A stretch of DNA of 64,000 nt from Eledone cirrhosa (GCA_964016885.1 OZ024748.1:22382001-22446000); one strand, 5' to 3'. Numbered from the stretch's first letter, positions 1-14,951 are shown. Notes: generated by a model not told the origin, from the sequence alone. Program-made: numbers and translations.

Positions 1-231
1 CATACACACAGACATACATACATACACACATACATACATACATACATACATACATACACACATACATACATACATACATACATACATACATACATACATA
101 CATACATACACACATGAAGAAACTTAGAGATCAGTCAGTTCACTTGACTGAAAAAAAACCACATCGATATTGTAAAAAAGAGAATAAAATTATAGGTGCT
201 GCATTATCTGTATTGAGTTCTACCTGTATTT

Positions 232-1274
232 GTGATGGTGGTGGAGAGGGGGTAATGGTGATGGTGGTGGTAGTGGTGGTGGTGGTGGTGGTGATAGTGG
301 TTGGCGAGGGGTAATGGTGATGGTGGTTTTGATGGTATTGGTGGTGGTAGGGAGGAGGTAATGGTGATAGTGGTCGTGGTGGTTGTGATGGTGTTGGTGG
401 CGGTGGTGGTTGTGGTGGTGGTGATGGTGGTGGTGGTGGTGATGGTGGTGGTGGTGGTTGTGGTGGTGGTGATGGTGGTGGTGGTGGTGATGGTGGTGGT
501 GGTGGTGGTGGTGGTGGTGATGGTGGTGGTGGTGGTGGTGGTTGTGGTGGTGGTGATGGTGGTGGTGGTGGTGATGGTGGTGGTGGTGGTGGTTGTGGTG
601 GTGGTGATGGTGGTGGCGGTGGTGGTGATGGTGGTGGTGGTGGTGGTGGTGGGGATGGGGTAATGGTGATGATGGTGGTGGTGGTGGTGGTGGTAGTAGT
701 GGTGGTGCTGGTTGTGATGGTGGTGGTGATGGTGGTGGTGATGGTGGGGATGGGGTAATGGTGATGGTGGTGGTGGTGGTGGTGGTGGTAGTAGTGGTGG
801 TGGTGGTGGTGGTGGTGGTAGTAGTGGTGGTGCTGGTGGTGGTGGTGGTGGTGGTGGTGGCGGTGGTGGTGGTGGTGGTGGTAGTGGTGGTTGTGGTGGT
901 GCTGGTGGTGGTGGTGGTGGTGGTGGTGATGGTGGTGGTGGTGGTGGTGGTGATGGTGGAGGTGGTGGTGGTGCTGGTGGTGGTGGTGGTTGTGATGGTG
1001 GTGGGGATGGGGTAATGGTGGTGGTGGTGCTGGTTGTGATGGTGCTGGTGGTGGTGATGGTGGTGGTGGTGATGGTGATGGTGGTGGTGATGGTGCTGGT
1101 GGTTGTGATGGTGGTGGTGATGGTTGTGGTGGTGGTGATGGTAGTGCTGATGGTGGTGGTGGTGATGGTGATGGTGATGGTGGTGGTGATGGTGATGGTG
1201 ATGGTGATGGTAGTGGTGGTGGTGATGGTAGTGCTGATGGTGGTGGTGGTGATGGTGGCGGTGATGGTGGTGGT
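232..1274. repeat. (GGT/GAT)n imperfect trinucleotide tract
   Basis: Seen directly; it explains the poly-V, poly-H and poly-P ORFs in the track. Confidence 0.95.
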
Positions 1275-1887
1275 TTGCCTCTCACTTTTCTGTAGGTGGG
1301 GGGGGGGGGCTGTAGCGACGCAGTGTAAGAGTTGTTTTAAAAAAAAAAAAAAAAAAAATATTTATGTTGCTTTTTCTTACTAAATATAAAAAAAAAACGA
1401 TAGCAACAATAACTGCAGCAACTGCAGCAGTATCGACAACAGCAGCAACAACAGCAGCAGCAGCAACAACAGCAGCATTAGCAGCAGCAGCGACAACTTA
1501 ACAAGAATAGAAGAAAAGAAATAATATATTGTTGTGGCTCTAATGAGGGTGACAGTCAATGTTGGAATGAGTGGTACTTGTTATATGGTGCAGTATGGTT
1601 CTTGGACAGTGTATCCTGGTTCAGGGCGTTTCTCAATTCTTAATATCAAATATCACTTAAGCTTTACACATAGAAAACAACAGTAAAAAGAAAGAAGAAC
1701 TACAAAAACAAAAGGACTCTAAACCGCAGAGACACATACGCAGTAATAGAAATATATAAATACATGCTTACGTATATACATATATACATATATACATATA
1801 TACATACACATGTAATTACGTGCTTTTATACATACATAATTGCACTCATATGTATAGTATATATGTATACATGTAAGTATCTATGTG

Positions 1888-2014
<127 letters not shown>

Positions 2015-2026
2015 AATATATATATT

Positions 2027-2078
<52 letters not shown>

Positions 2079-2098
2079 CACATATTTGTATATATATT

Positions 2099-2129
<31 letters not shown>

Positions 2130-2146
2130 GTATGTATATACATATA

Positions 2147-2182
<36 letters not shown>

Positions 2183-2222
2183 TGTATGTATATATATGTA
2201 TATATATATATGTGTGTGTGTG

Positions 2223-2452
<230 letters not shown>

Positions 2453-2558
2453 CCACACACACAAAAGCAATGGTGCCCTATGTGACCGAGTACCGAATAT
2501 GTGGAAACTTTATGAATTCGTCCACCTCTAAATGCACATACCTACACACAGATACACA

Positions 2559-2607
<49 letters not shown>

Positions 2608-2827
2608 TTATATATATATATATATATATATATACAAGTGGAAGCAAAATCGACCTACAATTAAGAATGAGTAGCAAAGCACTCAATAAGGTGTATAATA
2701 TATATATATATATAGAGAGAGAGAGAATTAGTATATCTACCAACATATGTATACAGATGTATACCTATGCTAGCAAATATATATGTTATGTCTTAGTACC
2801 TTTGTGGTTCTATACAAGGGGATGCAG

Positions 2828-2869
<42 letters not shown>

Positions 2870-2929
2870 ATTACTCTATTCCTTAGAGTAATAACATATA
2901 TATATATATATACATAGTAAAACAAATTG

Positions 2930-2980
<51 letters not shown>

Positions 2981-3018
2981 ATATATGTATATATAAATCG
3001 AAAATTTGTTTTACTATG

Positions 3019-3070
<52 letters not shown>

Positions 3071-3074
<4 letters not shown>

Positions 3075-3354
3075 AAGTTATATTTAAAATTGTTGGGTTA
3101 CAACTAGTAAATATTTATAACTGATATAAAAGCACTCGACAAATATTTGGAGTATATTTACAATATTAAATAAATGCTAGCGTAAACCTCTTCAAATGAA
3201 GTTGATGTTTATTACGGTATGTCGAATATATTTATCTATAAAACTGTTTATATTGTATTTTGTCTGATGAAGGCATAGCATATTGTTAATATGATATCCC
3301 CGAAATATATATAATGAAATAAATATGGTTTTATAAATATAGTTTTCCATTTAT

Positions 3355-3404
<50 letters not shown>

Positions 3405-3542
3405 ATATATGTATAAACCTCTCCATATAACGACCCACTACTTACCCAACCTCTACAAAAGAACCCCACGAGCACACGACATATCTGTTAGGTAAGGTAA
3501 ACTGATAAAATGAGTAATATCTGGACATTAGTAAATACACTC

Positions 3543-3629
<87 letters not shown>

Positions 3630-3963
3630 AAAGTTTTATTTAAGATTGTTGGGTTACAACGAGTAAATATTTTATAACTGATATAAAAGCACTCAACAGT
3701 TTCTGGAGTAGGTTTACGATATTAAACAAATGGAAACTATATTTATAAAACCATATTTATTTCGTTATATATATTTCTGGGATATCATATTAAAAATATG
3801 GTATGCCTTCCTCAGACAAAATACAATACATAAGCTGTTTTATAAATAATTATTGACATACCTTATAATAATGCAACTTCCATTTAAAAAAGTTGATTTG
3901 GTAGTCGAAGTATAACGAAATAAATATGGTTTTATAAATATAGTTTCCATTTGTTTAATATCG

Positions 3964-4020
<57 letters not shown>

Positions 4021-4229
4021 GAATATGCTTCAATCAATCCCGATTGGAGCTGTATAAATGAAGTAATTCCGTCGGAAAAGTCCAGGAAAAAAGAGTGCTC
4101 TATGTAGGTAACAGAGCTTAATAGTTATGTAATATAATTGCCTTATGTTGTTTATTACCTAACTATATATATTTATATATATATATATATATATTTATAT
4201 GTATTTATATATGCGAAAAGTAAACGGTG

Positions 4230-4270
<41 letters not shown>

Positions 4271-4481
4271 AAAGTTTTATTTAAAATTGTTGGGTTACAA
4301 CGAGTAAATATTTTATAACTGATATAAAAGCACTCAACAGGTTTTGGAGTATTTTACGATATTAAACAAATGGAAACTACATTTATAAAACCATATTTAT
4401 TTCATTAATGAAATAAATATGGTTTTATAAATGAAATAAATATGGTTTTATAAATGTAGTTTCCATTTGTTTAATATCGTT
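3071..4481. mobile_element. Cluster of three fold-back copies of a hammerhead-bearing short element (family H1), separated by (TA)n
   Basis: The segment aaagttttattt..gattgttgggttacaac recurs at ~3073, ~3629 and ~4270. Each copy has an inverted arm (aaataaatatggttttataaat...tttccattt). A fourth copy is at ~39490-39660. Confidence 0.75.
3256..3321 (+). ncRNA. Type I hammerhead ribozyme-like motif (H1)
   Basis: Stem I tattttgt/atgaaata, core CTGATGA, extended stem II, GAAAT-ATAT-ATA (AUA triplet, palindromic stem III loop). Identical copy at 39552-39617; minus-strand copy at 3758-3823 with core CTGAGGA and stem I tattttgt/acgaaata. Confidence 0.7.
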
Positions 4482-4611
4482 ATATATATATATATATTTA
4501 TACATTATATATATATATGTGTATGTGTATGTATGTAGTGTGTATATATATGAAAAATATATATATATGTTTATATATAAATATAAATATATATATATAT
4601 ATGTGTGTGTG

Positions 4612-4666
<55 letters not shown>

Positions 4667-4677
4667 ATATGTATATA

Positions 4678-4780
<103 letters not shown>

Positions 4781-4785
4781 ACATA

Positions 4786-4818
4786 CATCTCGGGAATTTT
4801 ACCCGTCCTAGATAGATA
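4786..4818 (+). mobile_element. Extreme 3' end of an RTE-like LINE with GATA tail
   Basis: atctcgggaattttacccgtcctagataga matches atctcaggaattttacctaccctagataga, which follows the RTE ORF stop at 38158. Confidence 0.6.
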
Positions 4819-5057
4819 TGTTTCTTTATTAGCCACAGGGGCACAAAAGAAGGGGACAAATACAAAGGGGGAAGTTTACATACAATAAAAACGTGTAAAA
4901 TATTATCACAAATGCAATTTAAAAATTAATCGATTTTCCCCAATAGGGGGAGACATTACATATGGGTAACACATACCCCCGAAAAAAAAATGTGCAACCC
5001 TCATCTCCAGGAGTACGAAGAGTTTGTACTCCTTTCCTCTCCTCCTCTTTTTCCTCA
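4819..5057 (-). mobile_element. 5'-truncated Tx1-like LINE 3' UTR fragment
   Basis: Minus strand reads cctattggggaa...tgtaaac...tgtcccc...gcccctgtggctaataaagaaac, collinear with the 3' UTR of the full-length LINE. Flanked by the direct repeat agatagata (4810-4818, 5058-5066). Confidence 0.7.
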
Positions 5058-5180
5058 AGATAGATACGTAAATACACAAAGACCAGTGATAGATTGTTCG
5101 GTGCAATGATTAATAGCTAAACGGGAATAGTCAGACACGGAGAAATACATATCTAAATAGGAAGACAGAGAGATATATGA

Positions 5181-5233
<53 letters not shown>

Positions 5234-5256
5234 CAGATAGATAGATAGATAGATGA

Positions 5257-5305
<49 letters not shown>

Positions 5306-5444
5306 GAGATAGATAGAGAGATAGATAGATAGATGAGAAGACGGGAATTGAAGCACGCACTCATCCTCACACACATATGTGTGCAAGCAAAAGGTGTATA
5401 TAAGATCAATATAAAGTGGTTGTATATATATATATATATATATA

Positions 5445-5492
<48 letters not shown>

Positions 5493-5625
5493 ATTAGAAA
5501 GTGAACAATTAAATAGCTCTGTCCTATACATAGAGCACTCTTTTTTCTTTTGCTTTTTCTTCGGAATTACCTAACACACACACACACACACGCACACACA
5601 CATACACACACATACACACACACAC

Positions 5626-5659
<34 letters not shown>

Positions 5660-6887
5660 GTATATATATATATATATATGATTATTTTGAAATTAATCAA
5701 GGTTTAGTAATATATTTAACTCTCGTTATTAAGTTAGTGTTTGGAACATAACTTAACAAATGTTCTTACATAAAATCATTACGGAAGGTTTTTAGATAAA
5801 CATAAATACTTTAAAATAGAAATAGAAGATTTCACCTTAGTTTATGTCAAAAGAAATTTTAACCTGATAGTGGAGTTTAGAACCCTCTAAGAAATGGAAA
5901 AAGATGAGTATTGACGTACTTTAAAATAAATATCTTAATAATGTCGAGCCAAGGGCAAGAAACTTTTGTTTTTTAAATTATCAATTAGTTGGGTTTTGTT
6001 TCAAATAGTCACAGAAATATTACTGTTTACTATGGGTACGGCTTAGTTGAATGGTTAAGAAGTTAACCTCATAATTATCTATTTCCGGGTTCGGTCCAAA
6101 TGAGTGTCGTCTTGGGCAAGTGTTATTTACCATAGCCTTGAGTTGACCCAAGCCTTGTGAATGAAATTGGGTTGACGGAACCTGTTTAGAAGCCCGTCGT
6201 GTGGAATGTTCCTGTACTTCAAAAGATCGACTTTGGTACACATTGTGTCACGTTAAATCACGTCGAGATTTAGATTAAGCGTTCAAAGAGTTGTGGAATG
6301 CTCTGCCACTTGCACGCTAATTTCATGAGTATCTAAAACACTCATAATGCAGACCTGTCGACTCTCCCCATCCGACGGGAAGATCTCCTACTTACTTTGG
6401 AGTGGGTAAGAGAGGTTTTCTATTGTGGAAATGGGGATAGCTTTCATTATGTAAAATCTCCCAAATTTGCCACATTTCTCCTCGTTTGAGGGGCACTTTT
6501 TTTCATGGTACTCCCCGTTTGGGTTTTCAAAGGTTGGCAGATCGGATTCCTTGAATTGTTTGGATGGAACAGTCATCGTCAGAACCGACGGAGGTTCGTT
6601 CCACTATATATACAACGCACAATTCTTCTGTAGATGACTTCCGGCTTAGCATAACTAATGTGATTCAATGCCATGACATTCATCAGCTGCTGAACATGTT
6701 TCTATGACTTGAGAGTCACATCGCGGCTCCTATACAGAATGAAGGTGAACATACAGAAAATCTACAATGATCGTGTTAAAAAATGTATAAATAGTCTTTC
6801 ACCTATTCATTTCAAAGATTATTTCTACCATATACGGAACTACAGTTATCCTGAAGACCGTGTAAATATAAATATATAAACATATAT

Positions 6888-7151
6888 AGGAACGAGTAGG
6901 ACCCGACGGCTGAGCTCAAGCCGTTTCGACGGCTAATTCTGGACTTATATATATATATAACGAAGGAAATGTAGTAAGGAACCAGATGGACCATAACGCA
7001 CCAAAGTACTCAATACTTAGGGTAGTAGAGTGGGTAATAGGAACGAGTAGGACCCCGACGGCTGAGCTCAAGCCGTTTCGACGGCTAATTCTGGATGTCC
7101 AGAATTAGCCGTCGAAACGGCTTGAGCTCAGCCGTCGGGGTCCTACTCGTT

Positions 7152-7156
<5 letters not shown>
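6888..7156. mobile_element. Fold-back element family H2 in (TA)n
   Basis: Perfect inverted arms 7037-7095 and 7098-7156, plus an extra partial copy at 6888-6946. Relatives at 31686-31895, 37089-37273 and 39942-40130. Confidence 0.8.
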
Positions 7157-7206
<50 letters not shown>

Positions 7207-7415
7207 ATATATATATATAAATTTAGAAGAAACAAAGGGTTGTGTAGTTACTTGATAAAGTGTTTTTAGAAATAAAAGGAAAGCACAAACAAGGGACAGC
7301 CCCCCTCTTCAGTTGTCTGCTGGAGGTCAGCGACATTTCAGCATATATTATAAACATCCAGTTGACTTAAGAGGCATTTCAGAAACTTTGTAACAAAATT
7401 ATCCAAAGGTAAATG

Positions 7416-7560
<145 letters not shown>

Positions 7561-7636
7561 AGCACACAAACAAACATATATCTATATGTATACATACATG
7601 CATACATACATACATGTATGTTTGCTGAGAGAGAGA

Positions 7637-7673
<37 letters not shown>

Positions 7674-8029
7674 AGAGAGGGGGAAAGCGGGAGAGGGAGA
7701 GAGAGGGAGAGAAAGAGACAGAGAGAGATAGTAATATTACCTTAATACCTGTACAGTAAACCAAGGTATGCAGGACGTCTCTAATAAACTGGGTGAAAGT
7801 TGTGGACATTTTAAATTAAAGTAGACAAAAACAAGCAGCTGACGAGACAGATTCATTTCTGTCTCCATAGAAACCTACTTATTAACCAAATTACAAATTA
7901 CTCACCTATTTACCTGCACAACTACCATCATCTATACATACACATATGCATCCATGCGTAATAACATTCACAGTAACTGCATACGTACTGTTGGTCTTAT
8001 ATAAACACTAAATAACTACCTTTCAGCAC

Positions 8030-9082
<1,053 letters not shown>

Positions 9083-9647
9083 AGCACACTCATAGACATA
9101 TTCAAATACGCAGCTTACCGTTTAGAACTTGAAAACAAGCACACACTCAGGTACATAAACACACATACATACGCACACATACACACACACACACACACAC
9201 ACCATCACTCACCCAGGCACATAATCACATATACATGCACACACATAAAAATCATACATACCAAAAGACAATGGAAAGAGTGAAGAAACGTAACAAGTGT
9301 TAATTTAAAGATGTATATTGTCCTGAAATAACAGAGTGTACTGGGTGCATATGAAAAAACTGAGACCTATATATCTCTTAATTTCACTATTGGTCTTCCC
9401 ATTCATGGCTGATAATGGCCAAATCAACAACAATAACTAGTAAATATACTTATCTGGTTTAATACAAAATGCTCTTCCATTCGTGGAATACACTTCTATA
9501 CCAGCCATAAAATATTACTTACTTTGACGTTAAATTCCACCAGTTGCAGACTGCGCATCAACATGAGATATTTTTCTCCACAAAGTTCGATCACCAACAG
9601 CAGAGTTTAAAGAGCATAAAATATTACATACATTTAAATAAAAACTA

Positions 9648-9855
9648 CCGTATTTTCGAAATGTACGACGCGCTTTCGCCGCCAAAATTGGACCCTCAAA
9701 ATCAGTGCATCTAAATATTTCCTACTTTTTAATTATTAAATATTTACATACGGCAATTACCTCAAGCCTAACCTTCGTCTTATAAGACGCACAATGATTT
9801 TTAGGGTCAAATTTTTTTTGGAGGGGAAGCGCGTCCTATATTCCGAAAAATACGG
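9648..9855. mobile_element. pogo/Tc1-mariner-like MITE
   Basis: Termini ta|ccgtattttcgaa...ttccgaaaaatacgg form imperfect TIRs. Similar termini at 25171-25339. Confidence 0.65.
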
Positions 9856-10209
9856 AAAGTTCACTATAAATGTATGTAAAATATGACGGTTTTAATAGTC
9901 CAGTCTCACAGAGAAAATATCATTAAGAGGAAACCAAACCAGCTGCAAGTGAGCAATTCTGACAACGTCGTGGAAAAACCATCTAGTTAATCATTCATGC
10001 AGTTCCGACATTGTGATCTGACCAAATATTATTAATAACCAATAGGAAGGACACACGTCATGTTCCACTGTCTTAGTATGTCGCTCTTTTGTGAACTGAG
10101 CAGACGGACTCTTGAGTGACTCAAAGTATAGACGTAATTAATCAACATATTCGAATATATATATTCGAATATGTATATATATATATATATATTCGAATAT
10201 GTATATATA

Positions 10210-10296
<87 letters not shown>

Positions 10297-10298
10297 GA

Positions 10299-10392
<94 letters not shown>

Positions 10393-10395
10393 GAA

Positions 10396-10434
<39 letters not shown>

Positions 10435-10438
<4 letters not shown>

Positions 10439-10957
10439 AGTGTAATTTTCTACGCAAAACGAAGGTTATAGAGAAAATTGAGGTTGGTAATGGCACATGG
10501 AATATATAAGAGACAGAATACTTTTTTGTGAAAAAACATAATTTTATAAGGTAAGGAAATAATAAAGGGTATAAAAAATGACCGGTTTCGATGTGTCTGC
10601 AAAAGCGATTGCTAAATCTGACCTTTATAAAATAACCCACACCCCAAATAACTTCTCATTCACTACCAGAAAGGGACACAGCAGTCAAACTGTTGTTGCT
10701 ACCTAGATGAAAACTGCTATGAAATCCCACAATGAATTTTATACTTGAATTTTCAAATCTCAAATTTTAACTCTTCGTATTATTAATTTTTCTTAATATT
10801 AATCAACATTTGAAAAGATGGCTTTTGCAGACCCATCGAAACCGGTCATTTTTTATACCCTTTATTATTTCCTTACCTTATAAAATTATGTTTTTTCACA
10901 AAAAAGTATTCTGTCTCTTATATATTCCATGTGCCATTACCAACCTCAATTTTCTCT
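10435..10957. mobile_element. Fold-back element family H3 with hammerhead-like motif
   Basis: Inverted arms ~10470-10606 and ~10821-10957. Motif TTGAAAA-GATGG..CCATC-GAAAC-CG-GTC at 10810-10847. Flanked by TA/TC tracts. Confidence 0.7.
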
Positions 10958-10969
10958 CTCTCTCTCTAT

Positions 10970-11001
<32 letters not shown>

Positions 11002-11012
11002 GTCTATATATA

Positions 11013-11081
<69 letters not shown>

Positions 11082-11208
11082 ATATATATATATTTGTTTG
11101 TTTGTATGTATATATGTATGGTAGATATGTGTTAGAATATGTTCTACGGCTACGAACTACGAACGTATATCTGATGAGATTTCTGTGCAGAGTCGGGCCC
11201 CGAAGATG

Positions 11209-11259
11209 AGTTTCAGAAGATCCCGTTAAGGGTGAAAGCAGCGATTCTTTGCTTAAACT
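11209..11259 (+). ncRNA. Hammerhead-like motif with U4A core change
   Basis: Stem I agttt/aaact, core CAGAAGA, stem II ccc/ggg, GAA, stem III agca/tgct, CUU triplet. Confidence 0.5.
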
Positions 11260-11377
11260 TTAATCTGTTATTTTAATAAATATTTGCTCTACGGTTCTTA
11301 TATATTTGATATATATTTATCCTTATCGAGCCCTCTTTGGATTTTAGTCTTCAAATTTATTATTATTACTATTATTA

Positions 11378-11409
<32 letters not shown>

Positions 11410-11420
11410 GGGGGGGGGAA

Positions 11421-11473
11421 TGGCTTCTACAGGACTATAACTGTTTCATTCGGGAGAAATCATCAGAAAGCCA
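11421..11473 (-). ncRNA. Type I hammerhead ribozyme-like motif (family H4)
   Basis: Minus strand: tggcttt-CTGATGA-tttctcccgaat-GAA-acag-ttatagtc-ctgt-A-gaagcca, giving a 7-bp stem I, 4-bp stem III and GUA triplet. Host element ~11419-11628; fold-back relative at 48586-48786. Confidence 0.7.
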
Positions 11474-11624
11474 ACTGTACAAGTAATATGGTGGTATTTA
11501 TACATTTGGTGGTGGTAGGAGAGGGTGGTGATTGGGATGGGTGAAGGTCATTGGCTGATGGATTCTTTAAAAAATGTATTGAGTACCTTACTTACTGTGG
11601 TTACCCCCGATTGAACCCGGGATA

Positions 11625-11675
<51 letters not shown>

Positions 11676-11858
11676 GCGTATATACATGTATGTGTGTGTA
11701 GAGAGAGAGAAATGATGAAGAGCGATAGTGATAATGGTGGTAGTTTGTTTACGTTTTTCTTACTCTCTCCTATGGCAGCTTTATGAGATGGAATAACAAT
11801 TGCTATCTGTGATAGCAATCTTGCCAACAAAATAATGATGCCTCTTGTCAAAAATGTT

Positions 11859-12470
11859 CAGCTGCGAACTGGTTTAAGTTTCGAGTAAGTTTCGTCCTAG
11901 TAATATAGCATATAGGCGGTGATTTAGCAGAGGCTCAGCTGTGAACTGGTTTAAGTTTCGAGTAAGCTTCGTCCTAGTAATATAGCATATAGGCGGTGAT
12001 TTAGCAGAGGCTCAGCTGCGAACTGGTTTAAGTTTCGAGTAAGCTTCGTCCTAGTAATATAGCATATAGGCGGTGATTTAGCAGAGGCTCAGCTGCGAAT
12101 TGGTTTAAGTTTCGAGTAAGCTTCGTCCTAGTAATATAGCATATAGGCGGTGATTTAGCAGAGGCTCAGCTGCGAACTGGTTTAAGTTTCGAGTAAGCTT
12201 CGTCCTAGTAATATAGCATATAGGCGGTGATTTAGCAGAGGCTCAGCTGCGAACTGGTTTAAGTTTCGAGTAAGCTTCGTCCTAGTAATATAGTATATAG
12301 GCGGTGATTTAGCAGAGGCTCAGCTGCGAATTGGTTTAAGTTTCGAGTAAGCTTCGTCCTAGTAATATAGCATATAGGCGGTGATTTAGCAGAGGCTCAG
12401 CTGCGAACTGGTTTAAGTTTCGAGTAAGCTTCATCCTAGTAATATAGCATATGGCGGCGAATTAGCAGAG
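11859..12470 (+). repeat. 77-bp tandem repeat, 8 near-identical copies, ending in a SINE head
   Basis: Unit starts cagctgcgaactggttt at 11859, 11936, 12013 and so on to 12398. The last unit runs into a diverged SINE (~12453-12600). Confidence 0.92.
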
Positions 12471-12610
12471 ACGTTAGAACGTCGGCTAGAATGCTTTATA
12501 GTATTCGCTCCGACTTTCTGATCTCTAAGGTCAACTTTGCCTTTCATCTTTTCGAGGTCGATAAAAAAAAAATGTTCCAGTCTAGTACTGGGGTCGATTC
12601 TTCCTCAATA

Positions 12611-12670
<60 letters not shown>

Positions 12671-13016
12671 AAAAAAACTGCTGTACTCAGACCTGGAGTG
12701 GGGTGGGCTGCGCCAGTTTTAAAATACCCAAAGAAACGCAGTATGTTAATACGGCGTCCACACGGACTCTATCGGGAATTATGGACCATACATCATATAG
12801 CATATATAGAAAAAAATGTTACTTCGCAATCATAAGGCCTCAGTTTCAATCCCACTACGCTTCTGTCCCCCTTTTTTCCGTCACCAGAGGTACTCTATCC
12901 GATTTTCCCAAATATTTTGTATTGTGATTGACTGTTAATATGGTCGCTTGTTTCAAATTTAAAATTTTTCCAATGCTTCCTAAATAAAACACACACATAT
13001 CTATCTATCTATTTTA

Positions 13017-13113
<97 letters not shown>

Positions 13114-13239
13114 TGTATGTGTGTGTATATGTATATATATATATATATATATGGATGGTTGGAACAGGTAAAAGAGTAAAAGAGAATATACATATATATA
13201 TATATACGTATATACATATATATATATATACGTATATAC

Positions 13240-13360
<121 letters not shown>

Positions 13361-13697
13361 TGTGTGTGTACCTTCATATTTATGTACAACACTGTGTATT
13401 TTAGAAGATCCAAGGTAAATTTAATATAGAGATAACTACATTTGTTTTAAAAATAGAATTAGAAGCCTCTTGTAAAGATAAACAAGAAAGAAAGAAGCCA
13501 ACGTAAGCTTAGAAGGTATATGTATGATAGCGAGAAATGTTTACATTTCAATGAGTATGTATCTACTCGTGTATAATCTAGAGACCACCATCCACCATAG
13601 ATGTAATCTTACTAATGGAACTGAATATACACAAAATCGGAAGCATAATAAAAGTATACCCAAAAGCGGAAGTGGTGAGAATACAGGGAAATGGCTC

Positions 13698-14007
13698 TTA
13701 ACGCCTGATGGAGTCGCAGTGGTGTCGTTGTATTTTGAACATCGCGGAACCCATCCTTCTCCAAGACTGCACACATCCGATTTTTTCTAGAAAGCGGGAG
13801 AAAAGCAAGTCCCGTACCTCTACATCCCACCAAGATCGACAAAAAAAAGCACCAGTCAAGTATTGGGTTTGATTTGTCTTCTTTCTTTCTCCCACCCCCA
13901 CCCCCTCTTCTCTCTTCTCTGGAAGAAATCGACCGTGTTCAGACCTGGATCAACCATGTTTAAAAAGTGCTCAAGACATGACGGCGTCACTACGACTCCA
14001 TGAGGAG

Positions 14008-14010
<3 letters not shown>
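13698..14010. mobile_element. Putative MITE or old fold-back with ~43-bp imperfect terminal inverted repeats
   Basis: taacgcctgatggagtcgcagtggtgtcg (13698) versus the reverse complement of cggcgtcactacgactccatgaggagtta (ending 14010). Confidence 0.45.
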
Positions 14011-14077
<67 letters not shown>

Positions 14078-14387
14078 GGTTATGCACGAGTGCATTAATG
14101 TTTTCCAGGACACAGTGTTATGTACCGTGTAGTGGAATGTCAGCTTACAACAGAGTGGTGCTCAACGAAATGCAGAAAAAAGGTGTATATTCCAGTTTAG
14201 CTATATTCCGGGGCGTGTATAAAGAATTAAAAAGAACAGAAAGATGCAGTAAAAGAGATTTATTCGGTTCTTACGTACGTTTCAATAGACATCAATTTGC
14301 CTAGATCTCGCTACATCTATAATATTATATATTTAGTAGAGCATTCGATATCCAATGCACAATCGATCCCATATCATCTGATGATAT

Positions 14388-14640
14388 GGCACAAGGCCAG
14401 CAATTACCCAGTGCATTACTGGTACTTTATTTTATCGACCCAGTAAGGATGAAAGGCAAAGTTAACCTCGGGGGGATTTGAACTCAGAATGTAAAGAGAC
14501 GTAACTATGCTAGAAAGCATGGCGTCCGACCCTCTACCGATACTGCCAATTCACCGAAGTAAAGAAATAATTGTTTCTACTTTAGGCACAAGGCCAGCAA
14601 TTACCCCAGTACATTACTGGTACTTTATTTTATCGATGTC
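14388..14640 (-). mobile_element. tRNA-derived SINE (family S1), one full and one 3' partial copy
   Basis: Reverse complement of the 34567-34753 reference copy. Confidence 0.85.
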
Positions 14641-14751
14641 TCCAGAGATCTTTCCATTGCTGATACTATCTGCCGTTGGCAACACTTGGCAGAAGCGTCA
14701 GAGGTTTTCTTGTAACTGTTGGCGAGATTAGAACTCAGGATCCAAAGAGCC

Positions 14752-14951
14752 NNNNNNNNNNNNNNNNNNNNNNNNNNNNNNNNNNNNNNNNNNNNNNNNN
14801 NNNNNNNNNNNNNNNNNNNNNNNNNNNNNNNNNNNNNNNNNNNNNNNNNNNNNNNNNNNNNNNNNNNNNNNNNNNNNNNNNNNNNNNNNNNNNNNNNNNN
14901 NNNNNNNNNNNNNNNNNNNNNNNNNNNNNNNNNNNNNNNNNNNNNNNNNNN
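14752..14951. other. Assembly gap (200 N)
   Basis: Run of n characters. Confidence 1.

Noticed and set aside
140-1383. Extensin-like Pro/His-rich ORF and poly-Val ORFs
   Set aside because: A (GGT)n tract; the poly-P/H/T blocks switch with frame slips and there is no complex domain.
6388-6576. 62-aa complex ORF on the minus strand
   Set aside because: Short, lies within an old dispersed repeat, and has no recognisable motif.
11859-12470. CRISPR-like regular array
   Set aside because: Whole 77-bp units are identical with no unique spacers, no cas genes, and a eukaryotic context.
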